From Acidimicrobiia bacterium (GTDB lineage Bacteria; Actinomycetota; Acidimicrobiia; Spongiisociales; JAHEDJ01), in contig JARGFH010000001.1 of the NCBI GenBank assembly GCA_029210695.1, positions 62,001 to 126,000 of the forward strand: a stretch of DNA of 64,000 nucleotides. The letters run 5' to 3'. The notes under the pieces were generated by a model. The model did no database searches and had not been told where the DNA came from. It worked only from the letters and a program-made list of their open reading frames with translations. This document shows positions 1 to 10,325 of this stretch, piece by piece (position 1 is the first letter of the stretch; every line of letters begins with the position of its first letter). Position numbers and translations under genes: made by a program.

Positions 1-1
1 A

Positions 2-628
2 GTCCGGCCGACCGGCTGGGATCGACCGGAAGGATTCGACTTTGCCGAGCTCGGCGATGCCATCGTCTGGGGTGACTCACTTCTCGTCGAACCGAAAGCC
101 GTTGCGACGGCCGTTTGCGCCGATCCCCGGTTCGGACATGTGACCGTCGATGCTTCGGTGCTGCTCGGTGTCTCCAGCATCGTCAACGAAGACACCCTCT
201 GGCCCGCAGTCGAGTATCCAGAAATGGTGGCGATCGCCATCTGGGACGACGGCACCTCGGCCAGGTACTCGGACGGGTCGGCTGCGTTCTACGACGACGA
301 CAGCGACGACATGCTCTTTGACCGTTTCGTTCTTCCGTACGGCGAGCACGTTGTGATTCCCCCGCAAACGGACCACGATCGGTTCATGGAGTTCCTGGCA
401 CCGCGGGACTCACGGTTCTCCGATGTGACCGGGAACCCGGTCGCGCTCGTCCTCTACCCACCGGATGGCCCGGCGGTGTGGGTCGACCTCGTCACCGACC
501 CGTCGGGAAGCATCAACGAGTTCGATTGCGCAGTTCCGAGCTTCCACCTGTTCTCGGTGGATAGGCAGGGCACCGCCCCCGAGCCTCCCCCGCCAACACT
601 CGATCCGGACACGATCTTCGACGCATAG
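2..628 (+). CDS. hypothetical protein, 5'-truncated by window edge
   Basis: The frame of ORF 140..628 stays open back to position 2 (VRPTGWDRPEGFDF...). Acidic protein, no recognised motif. Confidence 0.6.
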   Translation, partial: VRPTGWDRPEGFDFAELGDAIVWGDSLLVEPKAVATAVCADPRFGHVTVDASVLLGVSSIVNEDTLWPAVEYPEMVAIAIWDDGTSARYSDGSAAFYDDDSDDMLFDRFVLPYGEHVVIPPQTDHDRFMEFLAPRDSRFSDVTGNPVALVLYPPDGPAVWVDLVTDPSGSINEFDCAVPSFHLFSVDRQGTAPEPPPPTLDPDTIFDA

Positions 629-653
629 CCGGGGCTGGTCCGAGCGGTCGACC

Positions 654-1154
654 TCAGGCCGATACACCCAAGAACTGCAGCCAGTGCGGGTCCACCGAAG
701 GGCCCGCACTTGCGTAGACCCATCCGAACCGCCACGGCGGTTTCGGCGACCGGGAGAGGTTGAGCCCGATCTCGTGAGGCAACCGATCCGCCTTGCGCAG
801 ATTGCAGCGCCGGCAACTTGCCACCACGTTCTCCCATTCATGCGCACCTCCCCGCGAGCGAGGCAACACATGGTCGATGCTCTCAGCAGGGGCGTCGCAG
901 TACTGACACAGGTGCCCGTCGCGAGCGAGTATCGCTCGCCTGGTCGGTGGAACTCGCCGGTGATGCGGAACCTTCACGTACCGGATGAGCCGCACCACGG
1001 ATGGGACCTCTATCGACCTCCGCTCCGAGCGCAGGCAATTCTCGCCGGACGCTACGACGGAGGCCTTGTTGTTCAAGACGAGCACAACGGCCCGCCGTGC
1101 ACTGACAACAGAGACGGGTTCATAGGTACTGTTCAACACGAGTGCACTGGGCAC
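654..1154 (-). CDS. HNH endonuclease (McrA-like, small actinobacterial type)
   Basis: ALVLNSTYEP N-terminus; RDGHLCQYC...SIDHVLPRSRGG...WENVVASCRRCNLRK. GGAGG RBS before GTG at 1154. Confidence 0.92.
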   Translation of the reverse strand: MPSALVLNSTYEPVSVVSARRAVVLVLNNKASVVASGENCLRSERRSIEVPSVVRLIRYVKVPHHRRVPPTRRAILARDGHLCQYCDAPAESIDHVLPRSRGGAHEWENVVASCRRCNLRKADRLPHEIGLNLSRSPKPPWRFGWVYASAGPSVDPHWLQFLGVSA

Positions 1155-1249
1155 CCGGACCTCCTGCAAAAGATGCATCAGAATACCAGCGAGGGAAGGC
1201 TGACCCGGAACCTCTTCTTTGAGTCCTTGACCTCACTGATTGTGAGAGC

Positions 1250-1819
1250 TTGACTACCGGTGAAACCCAGACCGGAGACCGCTTGAACGTTGTCGGATAC
1301 ATACGCGAGCCTTCGAACGCTGAATCGGGAGACACGATGTTTGCCCAGTCTGAGCGCGTTCGGCGATGGGTGGCGCGCAACGGGTACCACCTGGTGGCGC
1401 TCTTTCAGGACACCGCCGGCACCCGAAGGAACCTCGACGGTCTACGGGCGTTGATCGGCATCGCCTCGCGCGGGCAAGCTGATCTCGTGGTTCTTCCCGG
1501 CCTGGCCGCGCTGTCCCCGGACAAGGTCATCCAAGAACTGATGCTCCGGAAGCTTCGCTCCCACGGGCTGGCGGTGGCCTCAACGGAAGAACCGGATCAC
1601 GCCGATCTCTCCGAACCGGCGGTCGATCCCGCCCGAATGCTGATCCGCGATGTATTGCAGCGCGCCGACGAGTTCAACGATCTCCTGACCTCGACCGAAG
1701 CTGCGCCGACCCTGAAGGTGGCCCGGCCCGTGCCCGTCCCCCGACCGGATCGTTCAGAGGCGGACGCCGACGTGCTCATCGAATTCGTAGAGATCATCAA
1801 CGCGGCCAACGCCTCATAG
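1250..1819 (+). CDS. serine recombinase (resolvase) catalytic-domain-like protein with degenerate motifs
   Basis: VVGYIREPS...Q.ERVRRWVARNGYHLVALFQD...GLRALI...ADLVVL pattern. The canonical RVS and DRLSR motifs are altered. Confidence 0.7.
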   Translation: MTTGETQTGDRLNVVGYIREPSNAESGDTMFAQSERVRRWVARNGYHLVALFQDTAGTRRNLDGLRALIGIASRGQADLVVLPGLAALSPDKVIQELMLRKLRSHGLAVASTEEPDHADLSEPAVDPARMLIRDVLQRADEFNDLLTSTEAAPTLKVARPVPVPRPDRSEADADVLIEFVEIINAANAS

Positions 1820-1852
1820 ATCGCAATCGGCAAGCTGCCACGTGCCCGTTGT

Positions 1853-2500
1853 CTAATCGGTGAGCGCAGCCCAGACTGCCCGGCCAAATGCGAACTCCCA
1901 GCCGACCGTCACAAAGGCTGCGCCGACTGCCAGGTCTCCGGCTCCCCTATCGAGCACGACGGTGATGATTTCCCGACTCCCCTCGGAGGCTCGATGGATT
2001 GCCACGACTGATGGCGCTACTCCCTCATCGTCAATGAGTTCGGAAACGGCCCCGACGATGGCATCGCGCAACGAACGCCTCGAAGTTTGCCCCACCGTCG
2101 AAACGGTGCGATCACGATCGTCGCGAGCAGTTACCTTGACACTCCGACGGTCCTCCTCAACGGCGAGCGCGACCAGGTGGCGAACCTGATTGGGCCGGTA
2201 CTCCTGCCCGGCGTCAGGATCGGCCGGTGCGGCGCTGAGCCCATCCGACGGAGGTGCCGGGGCGACGACTGGTTCTGACTCTGTTCGCTCAGGCGCCAGT
2301 CGCGACTTGAGCCCGTGATTCGCCAGGATTTGTTGAACCGATTCCCCCACCCTGCGGCGATCTGCTCCCGGTTCGACCTGCAATCGAACCGATGGTGGGC
2401 CGTCCTCCACGATTTCCACATGTGCATCGGCGATGCCTTCTATCGCCACCAGTTCGTCGTGAAGGATTGTCACATCATCACCCGCCGCCATCGACGCCAT
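1853..2500 (-). CDS. hypothetical protein
   Basis: Long ORF; probable start ATG 2500 or 2491, overlapping the end of the upstream small ORF. Confidence 0.65.
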   Translation of the reverse strand: MASMAAGDDVTILHDELVAIEGIADAHVEIVEDGPPSVRLQVEPGADRRRVGESVQQILANHGLKSRLAPERTESEPVVAPAPPSDGLSAAPADPDAGQEYRPNQVRHLVALAVEEDRRSVKVTARDDRDRTVSTVGQTSRRSLRDAIVGAVSELIDDEGVAPSVVAIHRASEGSREIITVVLDRGAGDLAVGAAFVTVGWEFAFGRAVWAALTD

Positions 2501-2718
2501 CGTAGGTATGCAAGGAGGTCTTCGCCTTTCAGATGAGCATCGGTGTCGCCGTAGGCAGTTCCCATTCTCCATGACAGGTACTGCCGATCTGGAATCGGTA
2601 GAAATGGGAATTGCGCCCACCAGCGTCTCGGAGCGAGCGCGAACACGGAACGCGCCGCTTCCGGCCACAGACCGGGGTGGCGCATCAGCGCACGTATTGA
2701 GGAAAACAGTCGCCCCAT
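2470..2718 (-). CDS. small hypothetical protein (Trp/Arg-rich)
   Basis: MGRLFSSIRALMRHPGLWPEA...WW.QFPFLPIPDRQYLSWRMGTAYG; protein-like composition, overlaps the next gene. Confidence 0.65.
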   Translation of the reverse strand: MGRLFSSIRALMRHPGLWPEAARSVFALAPRRWWAQFPFLPIPDRQYLSWRMGTAYGDTDAHLKGEDLLAYLRWRRWRRVMM

Positions 2719-2814
2719 CCCGCCGACAGTATATGGCATATCACCCGGCGCATCTCCCCTGTTTTCCAGGCTTTGATAACCTGTGTTGCCACAAGCTGGA
2801 GGAGAGGTCAACCC

Positions 2815-3798
2815 GTGACGACGATTGAGACAGTGGAACGGGAGCAGGTCGCCTGGTTCGCGCATCAGTTCGCCGAGATCGGTAGCAACATCGAGCGGGT
2901 CATCCAGGGCAAACGACCGGTGATCGACCTGGTGGTCACCTGTCTGATCGCCGAGGGGCACACCCTGATCGAGGATGTGCCGGGAGTCGGCAAGACCCTG
3001 CTGGCCAAATCCCTAGCCCGATCGATTGAGAGCGAGTTCCAGCGGATTCAATTCACGCCCGATCTCCTCCCCTCCGACATCACCGGGGTATCGGTGTGGA
3101 ACCGCGGCTCGAGCGAGTTCGAGTTCAAGCCCGGCGCAATCTTCGCCAACATCGTCGTCGGTGACGAAATCAACCGGGCCAGCCCGAAGACCCAGGCTGC
3201 ACTCCTCGAGGCGATGGAGGAGCGACAGGTGACGGTCGACGGCACCACCCGGCACCTCCCCCCACCATTCATGGTGGTCGCAACACAGAATCCGCTCGAG
3301 CACGAGGGGACCTACCCGCTTCCTGAAGCTCAACTCGATCGATTCATGATGCGCCTCACGATCGGGTATCCGAGCCGGGAAAAGGGCCTGGAAATGCTCG
3401 ATGCCCACGGCATAATCTCGATGTTCGAGTCCATCACACCGGTGCTCAGCGCCGCCGACATCACCAAGATGATCGGCGTGGCGCGGCAGGTACACGTGGC
3501 GCCCGCCGTCAAGGGGTACATCATCGATGTGGTCGAGGCGACGAGACACCACGACGAAGTGCTCCTCGGAGCCTCCCCCCGCTCCGCGTTATTCCTTCAA
3601 CGCGTCACTCGAGCCAAAGCGGCCAGTGAGGGGCGGGACTTCGTCAGTCCAGACGATGTCAAGGCCGTGGTCGAACCCGTCCTCGCCCACCGGATGGCTC
3701 TGCGGCCGGAGGCCCAAATGCGCGGGACGTCGATCCGAGAAGTGCTGACGACGGTTCTCCAAAAGCTCCCGGTCCCGGGAACCCGGACCAGCAGCTGA
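2815..3798 (+). CDS. MoxR family AAA+ ATPase
   Basis: EDVPGVGKT Walker A, RIQFTPDLLPSD, DEINRASPKTQAALLEAMEE, ATQNP.E.EGTYPLPEAQLDRF. GGAGG upstream of GTG 2815. Confidence 0.97.
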   Translation: MTTIETVEREQVAWFAHQFAEIGSNIERVIQGKRPVIDLVVTCLIAEGHTLIEDVPGVGKTLLAKSLARSIESEFQRIQFTPDLLPSDITGVSVWNRGSSEFEFKPGAIFANIVVGDEINRASPKTQAALLEAMEERQVTVDGTTRHLPPPFMVVATQNPLEHEGTYPLPEAQLDRFMMRLTIGYPSREKGLEMLDAHGIISMFESITPVLSAADITKMIGVARQVHVAPAVKGYIIDVVEATRHHDEVLLGASPRSALFLQRVTRAKAASEGRDFVSPDDVKAVVEPVLAHRMALRPEAQMRGTSIREVLTTVLQKLPVPGTRTSS

Positions 3799-4982
3799 TG
3801 TTGACGGATCGAGGCTGGGCCGCGCTTGGAGCGAGCCTGGCACTCGTCGTCTTGTGGATCGCGCTCGGTGAGATCGAACTCCTCGCCACCGGCCTGTTCC
3901 TGACCAGCGCAGCGGTGGCCGCCTGGCTGTTCACGCGGATGAGTGAACCATCGGTACGGGTCATCCGGCACCTGCGCCCGACGCTGGTCCGTGAGGGTGA
4001 TCAGGCACTCGTGCGCACAGCAGTGACGAATACCGGACGCTGGTCGATCTTCAACCCGACCATCGAAGATGAGGTTCTGGAACTCGGATCTGCCCGCTTT
4101 GCGGCGGCCCGCATCAAACCCGGATCGACCGCCACCGGCACGTACCAGATCCTCTGCCGGCCCAGAGGGATCTATCAGGTCGGGCCTACCCGGATCACCC
4201 TCAGCGATCCCCTCCGATTCGCACAGCGGACGATTGAGACCGGCGAGGCCGACCGGCTCGTCGTCTACCCGACCATAGAGCCGCTCGATGATTTCCCAGT
4301 CGTACGGGGCCGCGACCCATCCATGCACGCGGTCCGACCCGAGTTCTCCCATCGCGGTGGCGAGGATTTCTTCACCCTGCGGGAATACCGCACCGGCGAC
4401 GACCTCCGGCGGGTTCACTGGCCGAGTTCCGCCAAGCGCGACGAGCTCATGATTCGCCAACTCGAGACACCATGGCAGTCGCGGGCGCTGGTTGTGCTCG
4501 ACGCACGAGAGGAGTGCTACGAGAGTCCTGCAGACTTCGAAAAGGCGGTTCGCGGCGCGGCATCGGTGGTTCGACATCTTTTCGCTTCCGGGTTCGACAC
4601 CGATCTGTGGACGGGGACAACCCAGGCCTCGAGCCGGGACCCGGATCCGTTCCCCAGGGCGATGGAAGCGCTGGCCGCCGTCAAGCTTCAGCGCGGTCTT
4701 GATATCCGCACGGTGCTCGGCGCCCTCCGGCAGACAGGTGATGGTGGGGTCTTGATCTTTGTGGGAGGACGGCCGGACGCCGACTTCTACACGGCACAAC
4801 AGATGCTGGCCAGAGATTACCCGGCCACGATTCTGCTATCCGTCAGTTCTGAACCATCCGCCAGCCTGATCGATTTCCAGCGCGCTGGTGTAGTCACCAT
4901 CTCCGTTCCGGCCGACGGATCATGGTCGACTGCCTGGCTCGAGGCTACGAGGAATACATGGTCTACCGTCTCAGCGCGCTAG
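3798..4982 (+). CDS. DUF58 domain protein (MoxR partner)
   Basis: LREYRTGDDLRRVHWPSSAKRDELMIRQ motif; N-terminal TM segments; coupled to MoxR by TGATG. Confidence 0.93.
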   Translation: MLTDRGWAALGASLALVVLWIALGEIELLATGLFLTSAAVAAWLFTRMSEPSVRVIRHLRPTLVREGDQALVRTAVTNTGRWSIFNPTIEDEVLELGSARFAAARIKPGSTATGTYQILCRPRGIYQVGPTRITLSDPLRFAQRTIETGEADRLVVYPTIEPLDDFPVVRGRDPSMHAVRPEFSHRGGEDFFTLREYRTGDDLRRVHWPSSAKRDELMIRQLETPWQSRALVVLDAREECYESPADFEKAVRGAASVVRHLFASGFDTDLWTGTTQASSRDPDPFPRAMEALAAVKLQRGLDIRTVLGALRQTGDGGVLIFVGGRPDADFYTAQQMLARDYPATILLSVSSEPSASLIDFQRAGVVTISVPADGSWSTAWLEATRNTWSTVSAR

Positions 4983-7336
4983 GGATCGCAGGCGCCGTAG
5001 TCCTCTGCTTGCTGAGGCTGCAACGCCTCCTCCGGCCGACCGAATCAGCAGCTTCATGGCAGATCATCCTGATCGCAGCAGTGATCCTCGGTGCCGTGAT
5101 CACCTGGGTGGCCCGTTCATACCGGATTGGACGGCTCGGAACGATCGGCCTGAACGCAGGCGGCATGCTGCTCTCGGTCCTCCGCATCGGAGCCCCCGAC
5201 ACCCTCACCTTCGGCATCATCCCGACGAGCGCAACGATCAGCGAGCTGACTGAGGAGTTCTCGTTCGCGCTCCAGCTCCTGCGCTTCGGCAACGCTCCCG
5301 TGGTCCCCGTTGTGGGCTTGATCGTGATCCTGGCACTCGTGTTCTGGGCATTCGGCATGCTGGCCGTGTGGGGGCTCACGTCCGGGCACCCCTGGATCGG
5401 GGCGATTCCGCCGCTCATGTTCTACCTGCAGCTCTCCACGATCGACCGGGCTCCTTCGAGCCTCCCCTGGACACTCGCCTTCCTGGTGCTCATCGCCCTC
5501 ACGATCGCCGGTGTGGCGGGCGAGGATCGGTTGAAGGGAGCAGGCCGGTTGCGGGGCGCAGACGGCCTGACCGTTCCACAGAGCGCCTGGGCCGTTCCCG
5601 TCGGGTTGCTCGTGGCGCTCGGAGCCGTCACGCTCTTCGGGACCGGCGCCGCGGCCGATCGGGTGCCCGAGAGTGGGGTACTGGAGTGGCGGAGTCGATC
5701 GGGCCTGGGCGATGGCATCTACGGAGGGGTTTCTTACAACCTCTACACGGGAATCGTCCAGGACTCATTGCTCTCCCTTTCGGACGAGCCGGTCTTCGTC
5801 GCCCGGGTCTCCGATTCAGGTGTGGACCGGCGCGATCGGTACTGGCGGCTCGTGACCCTCGACGCCTTCGACGGTGAGAACTGGTATCTGACCAATCGTG
5901 GAAGCCGGTCACCCGATAGCGGCGAAACATGGGAGGGCGATGGCTATGCGTTCCGCGGACCGACCGTCACCGTCGACCAGGTGATCCAGATTCGCTCGCT
6001 GAAGATGAACTACCTGCCCGCCATGTACGCCCCGAGTGGGCTCACGTCCGAAACTGCGATCGTCACACAAAGCCTCCGTGTTCGCAACGACGCCTCGATT
6101 CGCTTCGACGCGTTGACCTTCGAGGGACTCACCTATCGCGTCCGCTCAGAAGTACCGCAACCCGACCTCGACGTGCTGGCGACCACGGACGGACGGCTCT
6201 CCCCCATCTTCGACACGGCACGCTATGCGGGGGCTTTCTCCGGACAAGCTTCGACGCTGTCGGTCCAACCTGAACCCGAAGACCTCGAAGACTTCCTGGA
6301 ACTCCCGACCGACCTCGACGTCCGGTTGCTGGCACTGGCCCGCGACGAGACTCTCGACGCAACGGGGGACTTCGAGAAGGCCCTATTCCTAGAGCAGTTC
6401 CTCCGCAACACCGGTCCGGGTGGCTTCACCTACTCCGTCGACATCGAACCGGGTCATTCTGCTGAGAATCTCGCCGACTGGTTGACCGATCCAGAGAGTC
6501 CCAGCTACCGCACGGGATACTGCGAGCAGTTCGCAACGTCGATGGGAGTGCTGGCCCGCGTCCTCGATATTCCCAGCCGGGTCGTTATTGGTTTCACACC
6601 GGGCGATGTGCAGGAGGACGGCCTGATCGTGGTCCGCCAGCGCAATGCGCACTCGTGGGTTGAGTTGTGGATGGAAGGGCAGGGTTGGGTTCGGTTCGAT
6701 CCAACGCCGCGCGGGGCAGGAGACAATCCGTCGACGGTAGAGAGCCTGGTCCAGTTCGACCCGGCTCTCTACGTACCTGAGCCCGAGGCATTCACGGAGG
6801 ACGTCGTCCTCGATGAGTTCGGCAATCCAATCCCGTTCGGGCCCGGCCGTGATGAACTCCTCGAGAACCCTGATGACATCCTCTCGCAGAACGCTCCGTT
6901 CGTCGGCTCGGGCGACGCTGCCCTTGCGGCAGGTGTCCCCTGGCCGCAGGTCATCCTGGCCGTCGCCGCATTCGTGCTCAGCCTGATTCCCGCTGCCAAA
7001 TGGATCAGGAGGAAGCTGCGGCTTCGCAGACTTCGCACCGGCGACATCTCGGCGGCCTGGGATGAGATCGTCGACCGGTTGACCGATCTCCGGTACGACG
7101 TATCCGAGTGGAAGACCCCCGCCGAGATCGCCGCCACTACGGAGCCATCACTCACAGCTCTGGCGGCGGTCTACGGCGAGACGGTGTACGGACCCCCGCG
7201 CAAGCTGCGGAGACGGCAGATCGAAATTGGCACGGCGTCATTCGAGTCGACTGAGTCGGTGCTGCGCCACCGGCATTCGCGATGGCAGTTGACCCGGTCG
7301 TGGTTCACGCTGCAATCGCTGCGCAACAAACGCTGA
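4958..7336 (+). CDS. transglutaminase-like membrane protein (TgpA/DUF3488 type)
   Basis: Multi-TM N-terminus, YWRLVTLD.FDG, GYCEQFATSM (Cys), AHSWVE (His), WVRFDPTP (Asp). Confidence 0.93.
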   Translation: MVYRLSALGIAGAVVLCLLRLQRLLRPTESAASWQIILIAAVILGAVITWVARSYRIGRLGTIGLNAGGMLLSVLRIGAPDTLTFGIIPTSATISELTEEFSFALQLLRFGNAPVVPVVGLIVILALVFWAFGMLAVWGLTSGHPWIGAIPPLMFYLQLSTIDRAPSSLPWTLAFLVLIALTIAGVAGEDRLKGAGRLRGADGLTVPQSAWAVPVGLLVALGAVTLFGTGAAADRVPESGVLEWRSRSGLGDGIYGGVSYNLYTGIVQDSLLSLSDEPVFVARVSDSGVDRRDRYWRLVTLDAFDGENWYLTNRGSRSPDSGETWEGDGYAFRGPTVTVDQVIQIRSLKMNYLPAMYAPSGLTSETAIVTQSLRVRNDASIRFDALTFEGLTYRVRSEVPQPDLDVLATTDGRLSPIFDTARYAGAFSGQASTLSVQPEPEDLEDFLELPTDLDVRLLALARDETLDATGDFEKALFLEQFLRNTGPGGFTYSVDIEPGHSAENLADWLTDPESPSYRTGYCEQFATSMGVLARVLDIPSRVVIGFTPGDVQEDGLIVVRQRNAHSWVELWMEGQGWVRFDPTPRGAGDNPSTVESLVQFDPALYVPEPEAFTEDVVLDEFGNPIPFGPGRDELLENPDDILSQNAPFVGSGDAALAAGVPWPQVILAVAAFVLSLIPAAKWIRRKLRLRRLRTGDISAAWDEIVDRLTDLRYDVSEWKTPAEIAATTEPSLTALAAVYGETVYGPPRKLRRRQIEIGTASFESTESVLRHRHSRWQLTRSWFTLQSLRNKR

Positions 7337-7387
7337 GCATCCAGGGTCGGAGCTTTCAGGACATCCTGGTGTCTTCGATTGGTCCGG

Positions 7388-7882
7388 CTATTGCCCGGAC
7401 GCCTCTGAGGCTACGTCCTCTTCGACCAGGCGAAGGATCTCGAGGAAGTGGTCCCGGTCGAGTTCGAAACGGCTGACATCCTCTTCGACCTCCCGCGTGA
7501 TCAGGTCGATTGCCACGAAGAAGGCCATCTGTCCATCGCGCAACGCGTCGAGCAGTTCACCGTCATCCGAGGTGATCTTGAAGATCGACGTGCCGTCCGT
7601 GACGAGCTTGACCTCGGCCAGATGGGTTTCCATATCCGCATTGCGCCGCAGGTAGTCCCACGCACGCCGGACCCGTTGCACCGACATCCCGTTGTCGAGC
7701 AGACTCCGCACGACGCGCAACGCGACCAGGTCGCGGAACGAGTAGAGCCGTCGCACACCCGGCCGGCCGCCGGTCGCCTGGATTGAGGGCCGCACCAGAT
7801 TGACGCGGTCCCAGTAGCGCAGTTGATGGGGCGTGCAGCCTGTCAGTTTCGAGGCCTGCTGCGCCGTATATCCCTCGTTCAA
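7388..7882 (-). CDS. MerR family transcriptional regulator
   Basis: QLRYWDRVNLVRPS...RRLYSFRDLVALRVVRSLLDNGMSVQRVRRA. Confidence 0.92.
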   Translation of the reverse strand: MNEGYTAQQASKLTGCTPHQLRYWDRVNLVRPSIQATGGRPGVRRLYSFRDLVALRVVRSLLDNGMSVQRVRRAWDYLRRNADMETHLAEVKLVTDGTSIFKITSDDGELLDALRDGQMAFFVAIDLITREVEEDVSRFELDRDHFLEILRLVEEDVASEASGQ

Positions 7883-8003
7883 TCCTCACTCCCCGAAAGC
7901 CCGTTGGCGGACGATGCCGCCGCGATTCAATCCTCAAACCGACGCAGATGCGCTTCCTCGACGGCCCACGCTCCCGGTGCGCCGGGGGCGTCACTCTAGC
8001 GAC

Positions 8004-8363
8004 TCAGGACCGAGGTCGGAACCGTCCGTTGTTCCGGAATTTCGCAGTCCATGAGTTCCATCGCCCGGGCCCGTCCTCCACGCCGCCGGGATCGAGGTCA
8101 CGGCGCCGATAACCACGCAGCACGGCTGTAGTCGAAATCACGATCAGCAGGAATCCGAACAGAGCAATGAACGTGTTGTAACGAAAGGTGGCCAGCAAGA
8201 CGACAACACCCAGAACAACTCCGGCAATGGCCAGTCGGGACGACCAGCGGTTCAAGCCGCGACCCGAGATGTTCCGGACCGCGTGGGCGAGGTCCGGATC
8301 TTCCTCGTAAAACTGGCGTTCTATCTCCGCCAGTATCTGCTGCTCTCGATCGTCTAATGGCAT
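8004..8363 (-). CDS. DUF3040 family membrane protein
   Basis: MPLDDREQQILAEIERQFYEEDPDLA followed by two TM helices. Confidence 0.88.
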   Translation of the reverse strand: MPLDDREQQILAEIERQFYEEDPDLAHAVRNISGRGLNRWSSRLAIAGVVLGVVVLLATFRYNTFIALFGFLLIVISTTAVLRGYRRRDLDPGGVEDGPGRWNSWTAKFRNNGRFRPRS

Positions 8364-8426
8364 ATGGCTTCCGTTGGGTTCACACCCGTCGTGTGATCAT
8401 TATACGTTGGAGCGTACCTAAGAGTC

Positions 8427-9647
8427 TCACCCTTCGTCGTGATCCGGGCGGGTCAATCTGGCGGGCTTCAGCGCCTCCGCCCCGAATCGATCGCGAACCT
8501 CGGAGACGGCCCCGGCCAGGTCGTCCCATTCCCCCGGCCGGTCTGTGGCGAGCTGATGCGGCGCACCACCCTCCTCGAGCATGGAAAGGCCGATGCCGAT
8601 CAGCCGGACGGGACGCTCTCCAATTTCCGATCGTTCCAGGAGTTGGCCCGCCATCCGGTAGATGTCCCGCCCGACATTCGTCGGCCACGGGAGCGTGCGG
8701 CTGCGGGTGATCGTCGAGAAATCCGAGAAGCGAACCTTCAAGGTCACGGTTCGCCCGGCAAGTCCGGCACGCCGCAACCGCTCTGCAACCCGCTCAGCCT
8801 GTCTCAGTAACTCGGCCCCGATCAAATCCAGACCTTCGATGTCCGTGTCGTAAGTCTCCTCCACCGAAATCGACTTCGCTTCGCCTCCGCCGGCAACCGG
8901 TCGATCATCGATTCCACGGGCGAGTTGGTAAAGGTGCCGGCCGAGGGTTGCACCGATTCTGCGTTCGAGCGTGCCGACCGGGATTCCTGCCAGATCACCG
9001 ATCGTCTTCACACCGAGACGCTCGAGCTGGGCATACGTGGCTTCCCCAACTCCCCACAGGCGCCTCACCGGCAGCGGGTGAAGGAACTCATCAATCGCAT
9101 CGGCGGGCACCAGCCGCACGCCGTCGGGCTTTGCGTCCTGAGACGCCAGCTTGGCGAGCAGTTTGTTCACCGCGATACCGGCCGAAGATGGAAGATCCAG
9201 CTCGTTGCGGATAACCCGGCGAATCTTCCCGGCGACGGACGCGGCGTCGTCGAAGTGGCGTCGCAGTCCGGAAACATCGAGAAAGGCTTCGTCAATCGAG
9301 ATACCTTCGACTTGCGGGGTGAAGCGGTGAATGATCTCGAAGACGAGTTCGCTCTGCTTTCGATACTCGGCATGATCTGGAGGGACGATGATGAGCCCCC
9401 GGCAGATTCGCTTGGCTCTGGCGACGGGCATTGCCGACCGCACGGAGAAGGCGCGCGCCTCGTATGAAGCTGAGGCAACGACGCCTCGCGGGCCGGTTCC
9501 GCCCACGACGACCGGCACACCCCGCAGAGACGGATCACGCAGGCGCTCCACCTCGACGAAAAAGGCGTCTATGTCGAGGTGAATGATCGGCTCTTGGAAA
9601 CCGTCGTCGGAGGCCACACGGTGACGATAGAGAGGACGGTACGCCAT
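8427..9647 (-). CDS. dinB: DNA polymerase IV (Y family)
   Basis: IIHLDIDAFFVEVE, VVASASYEAR, ISIDEAFLDV, KLLAKLAS..AKPDG. Start uncertain (9674, 9647 or 9617). Confidence 0.96.
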   Translation of the reverse strand: MAYRPLYRHRVASDDGFQEPIIHLDIDAFFVEVERLRDPSLRGVPVVVGGTGPRGVVASASYEARAFSVRSAMPVARAKRICRGLIIVPPDHAEYRKQSELVFEIIHRFTPQVEGISIDEAFLDVSGLRRHFDDAASVAGKIRRVIRNELDLPSSAGIAVNKLLAKLASQDAKPDGVRLVPADAIDEFLHPLPVRRLWGVGEATYAQLERLGVKTIGDLAGIPVGTLERRIGATLGRHLYQLARGIDDRPVAGGGEAKSISVEETYDTDIEGLDLIGAELLRQAERVAERLRRAGLAGRTVTLKVRFSDFSTITRSRTLPWPTNVGRDIYRMAGQLLERSEIGERPVRLIGIGLSMLEEGGAPHQLATDRPGEWDDLAGAVSEVRDRFGAEALKPARLTRPDHDEG

Positions 9648-9688
9648 GACGAGCCATCTCCAATCCTCGGGCATTTACACTCGTCGCC

Positions 9689-10321
9689 ATGGCATCATTG
9701 GTCCACCTGGCACGCCACGGCGAAGTCGACAACCCGAAGCATCTGGTCTACGCGGATTTGCCGGGGTTTGGTCTGAGCGACCTCGGCAGACTGCAAGCAA
9801 AGCAGGCAGCCCGCTACCTATCGTCCCGCCCGATCGTGGCCGTATGGTCCTCACCGCTCGAGCGAGCGATCGAAACTGCCCAGTACATCGCGGCCCGCCA
9901 CCAACTCCCGGTTCGTGTCGACGAGCAGTTGACCGAGTGGCACCTGTCCTCACGGTGGTCCGGCATCCGATGGGACGACCTCCCGACCAGGCTGCCGGGC
10001 GAACTCGAGGCATACCTCGATCATCCCTGGGATCTGGACTTCACACCAGAGACTCTGGCGGACCTGGCCGAACGAGTGGCTGAGGCGGCTCGTCGCCTCG
10101 CAGAACGCCACCGAGAGGGCGATGTCGTCGTGGTCGCCCATCAGGACCCGATCCAGGCCGGCCGCCTTCGCCTAACCGGGGCGGATCTTCGCAGGCAGCA
10201 AGACGCCAAGCCCGGCCATGCATCGGTCGTTTCTCTCCGGCCGGGAACTCCGTGGAGCGAACTCAGCGCATGGGAGCCCGAGGCAGCCTCCTCCTGGCCG
10301 CCGACTCCTGATCGAGCGTAG
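9689..10321 (+). CDS. histidine phosphatase family protein
   Basis: LARHGEV, SSPLERAIETA, VVVVAHQDPI. Confidence 0.92.
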   Translation: MASLVHLARHGEVDNPKHLVYADLPGFGLSDLGRLQAKQAARYLSSRPIVAVWSSPLERAIETAQYIAARHQLPVRVDEQLTEWHLSSRWSGIRWDDLPTRLPGELEAYLDHPWDLDFTPETLADLAERVAEAARRLAERHREGDVVVVAHQDPIQAGRLRLTGADLRRQQDAKPGHASVVSLRPGTPWSELSAWEPEAASSWPPTPDRA

Positions 10322-10325
10322 GTCG

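Noticed and set aside
1217..1255. HspR HAIR-like site
   Set aside because: Only the left half (TTGAGT) matches; the right half and spacing do not.
9600..9690. SOS or PafBC site upstream of dinB
   Set aside because: No TCGAAC-N4-GTTCGA or TGTC-N12-TAnnnT match found by eye.
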